From Bigelowiella natans CCMP2755 (lineage: Eukaryota > Protista > Cercozoa), in NCBI GenBank assembly GCA_000320545.1, contig ADNK01001513.1, positions 1 to 38,675 on the forward strand: 38,675 nt of DNA, given 5' to 3'. The position numbers and the translations under genes are program-made. Position 1 is the first letter of the stretch, and the number at the start of each line of letters is the position of its first letter. Under the pieces are notes generated by a model. The model was not told the DNA's origin and did not search any database. It saw only the letters and a list, made by a program, of their open reading frames with translations. Shown here piece after piece: positions 38,347 through 38,675 of the stretch.

Positions 38347-38675
38347 GGTAGACAATATGCCACATGTAAAGCATCTATATTATTTTGTGCATGTATATCA
38401 TTGGTATTAGATTGTTCTTCATTGTGATATATTCAGGCCCTGCTTTCCCAGGTTGGCTGAACTTTTTCGAGAACATTCATACGGCAGAGTGGCCTCACAT
38501 ATAATGCTATTCTATACATTAGATGATCTTAGCCTGTACCAATTCTTTTTCAAGGAGGAAACCCTACAAGGTATCTGATGATGGGTCTTCTCAGATGTTG
38601 AACACAGACCGATGGAAGAATAGCGGATCTTCGTGGACACTATTACCTGATTGTTAATGGGGGGGTTATTAAGGG

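Noticed and set aside
37990-38675. Start of another plus-strand gene; telomere-like end GGGGTTATTAAGGG
   Set aside because: The exon-like fragments do not chain convincingly, and there is no tandem telomeric array.

Overview
Eukaryotic nuclear DNA: intron-dense (GT-AG introns of about 55-300 bp, weak donors) and very microsatellite-rich. A signal peptide followed by a transit-peptide-like leader suggests an alga with a secondary plastid, possibly a chlorarachniophyte (inference). I reconstructed seven spliced genes by hand: (1) a putative plastid-targeted protein (457-1346, -), cut off by a fold-back inverted repeat at the window start; (2) a hypothetical protein (~3681-5551, +); (3) a HAD-IIA phosphoglycolate/4-nitrophenyl phosphatase (6250-9072, -); (4) a calcyphosin-like EF-hand protein (~9790-11861, +); (5) a ~15-kb gene for a giant surface receptor-like protein with His-Pro, mucin, PMP-type beta-helix, Cys-rich and ~9-TM regions (14207-29040, +); (6) a coiled-coil plus ArfGAP protein (29789-35867, -); (7) a small Lys-rich orphan (36550-37165, +). 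The most striking signal is intergenic. A ~1.3-kb 'TpA desert' (12518-13814) contains only 4 TA dinucleotides, all in CTAG. CpG is retained, TG/CA is abundant, the flanks are graded, and a putative TIR-bounded element overlaps it. This looks like repeat-targeted A-to-G hypermutation at TAH, the mirror image of fungal RIP. All exon models and counts are by eye and need RNA-seq or computational confirmation.
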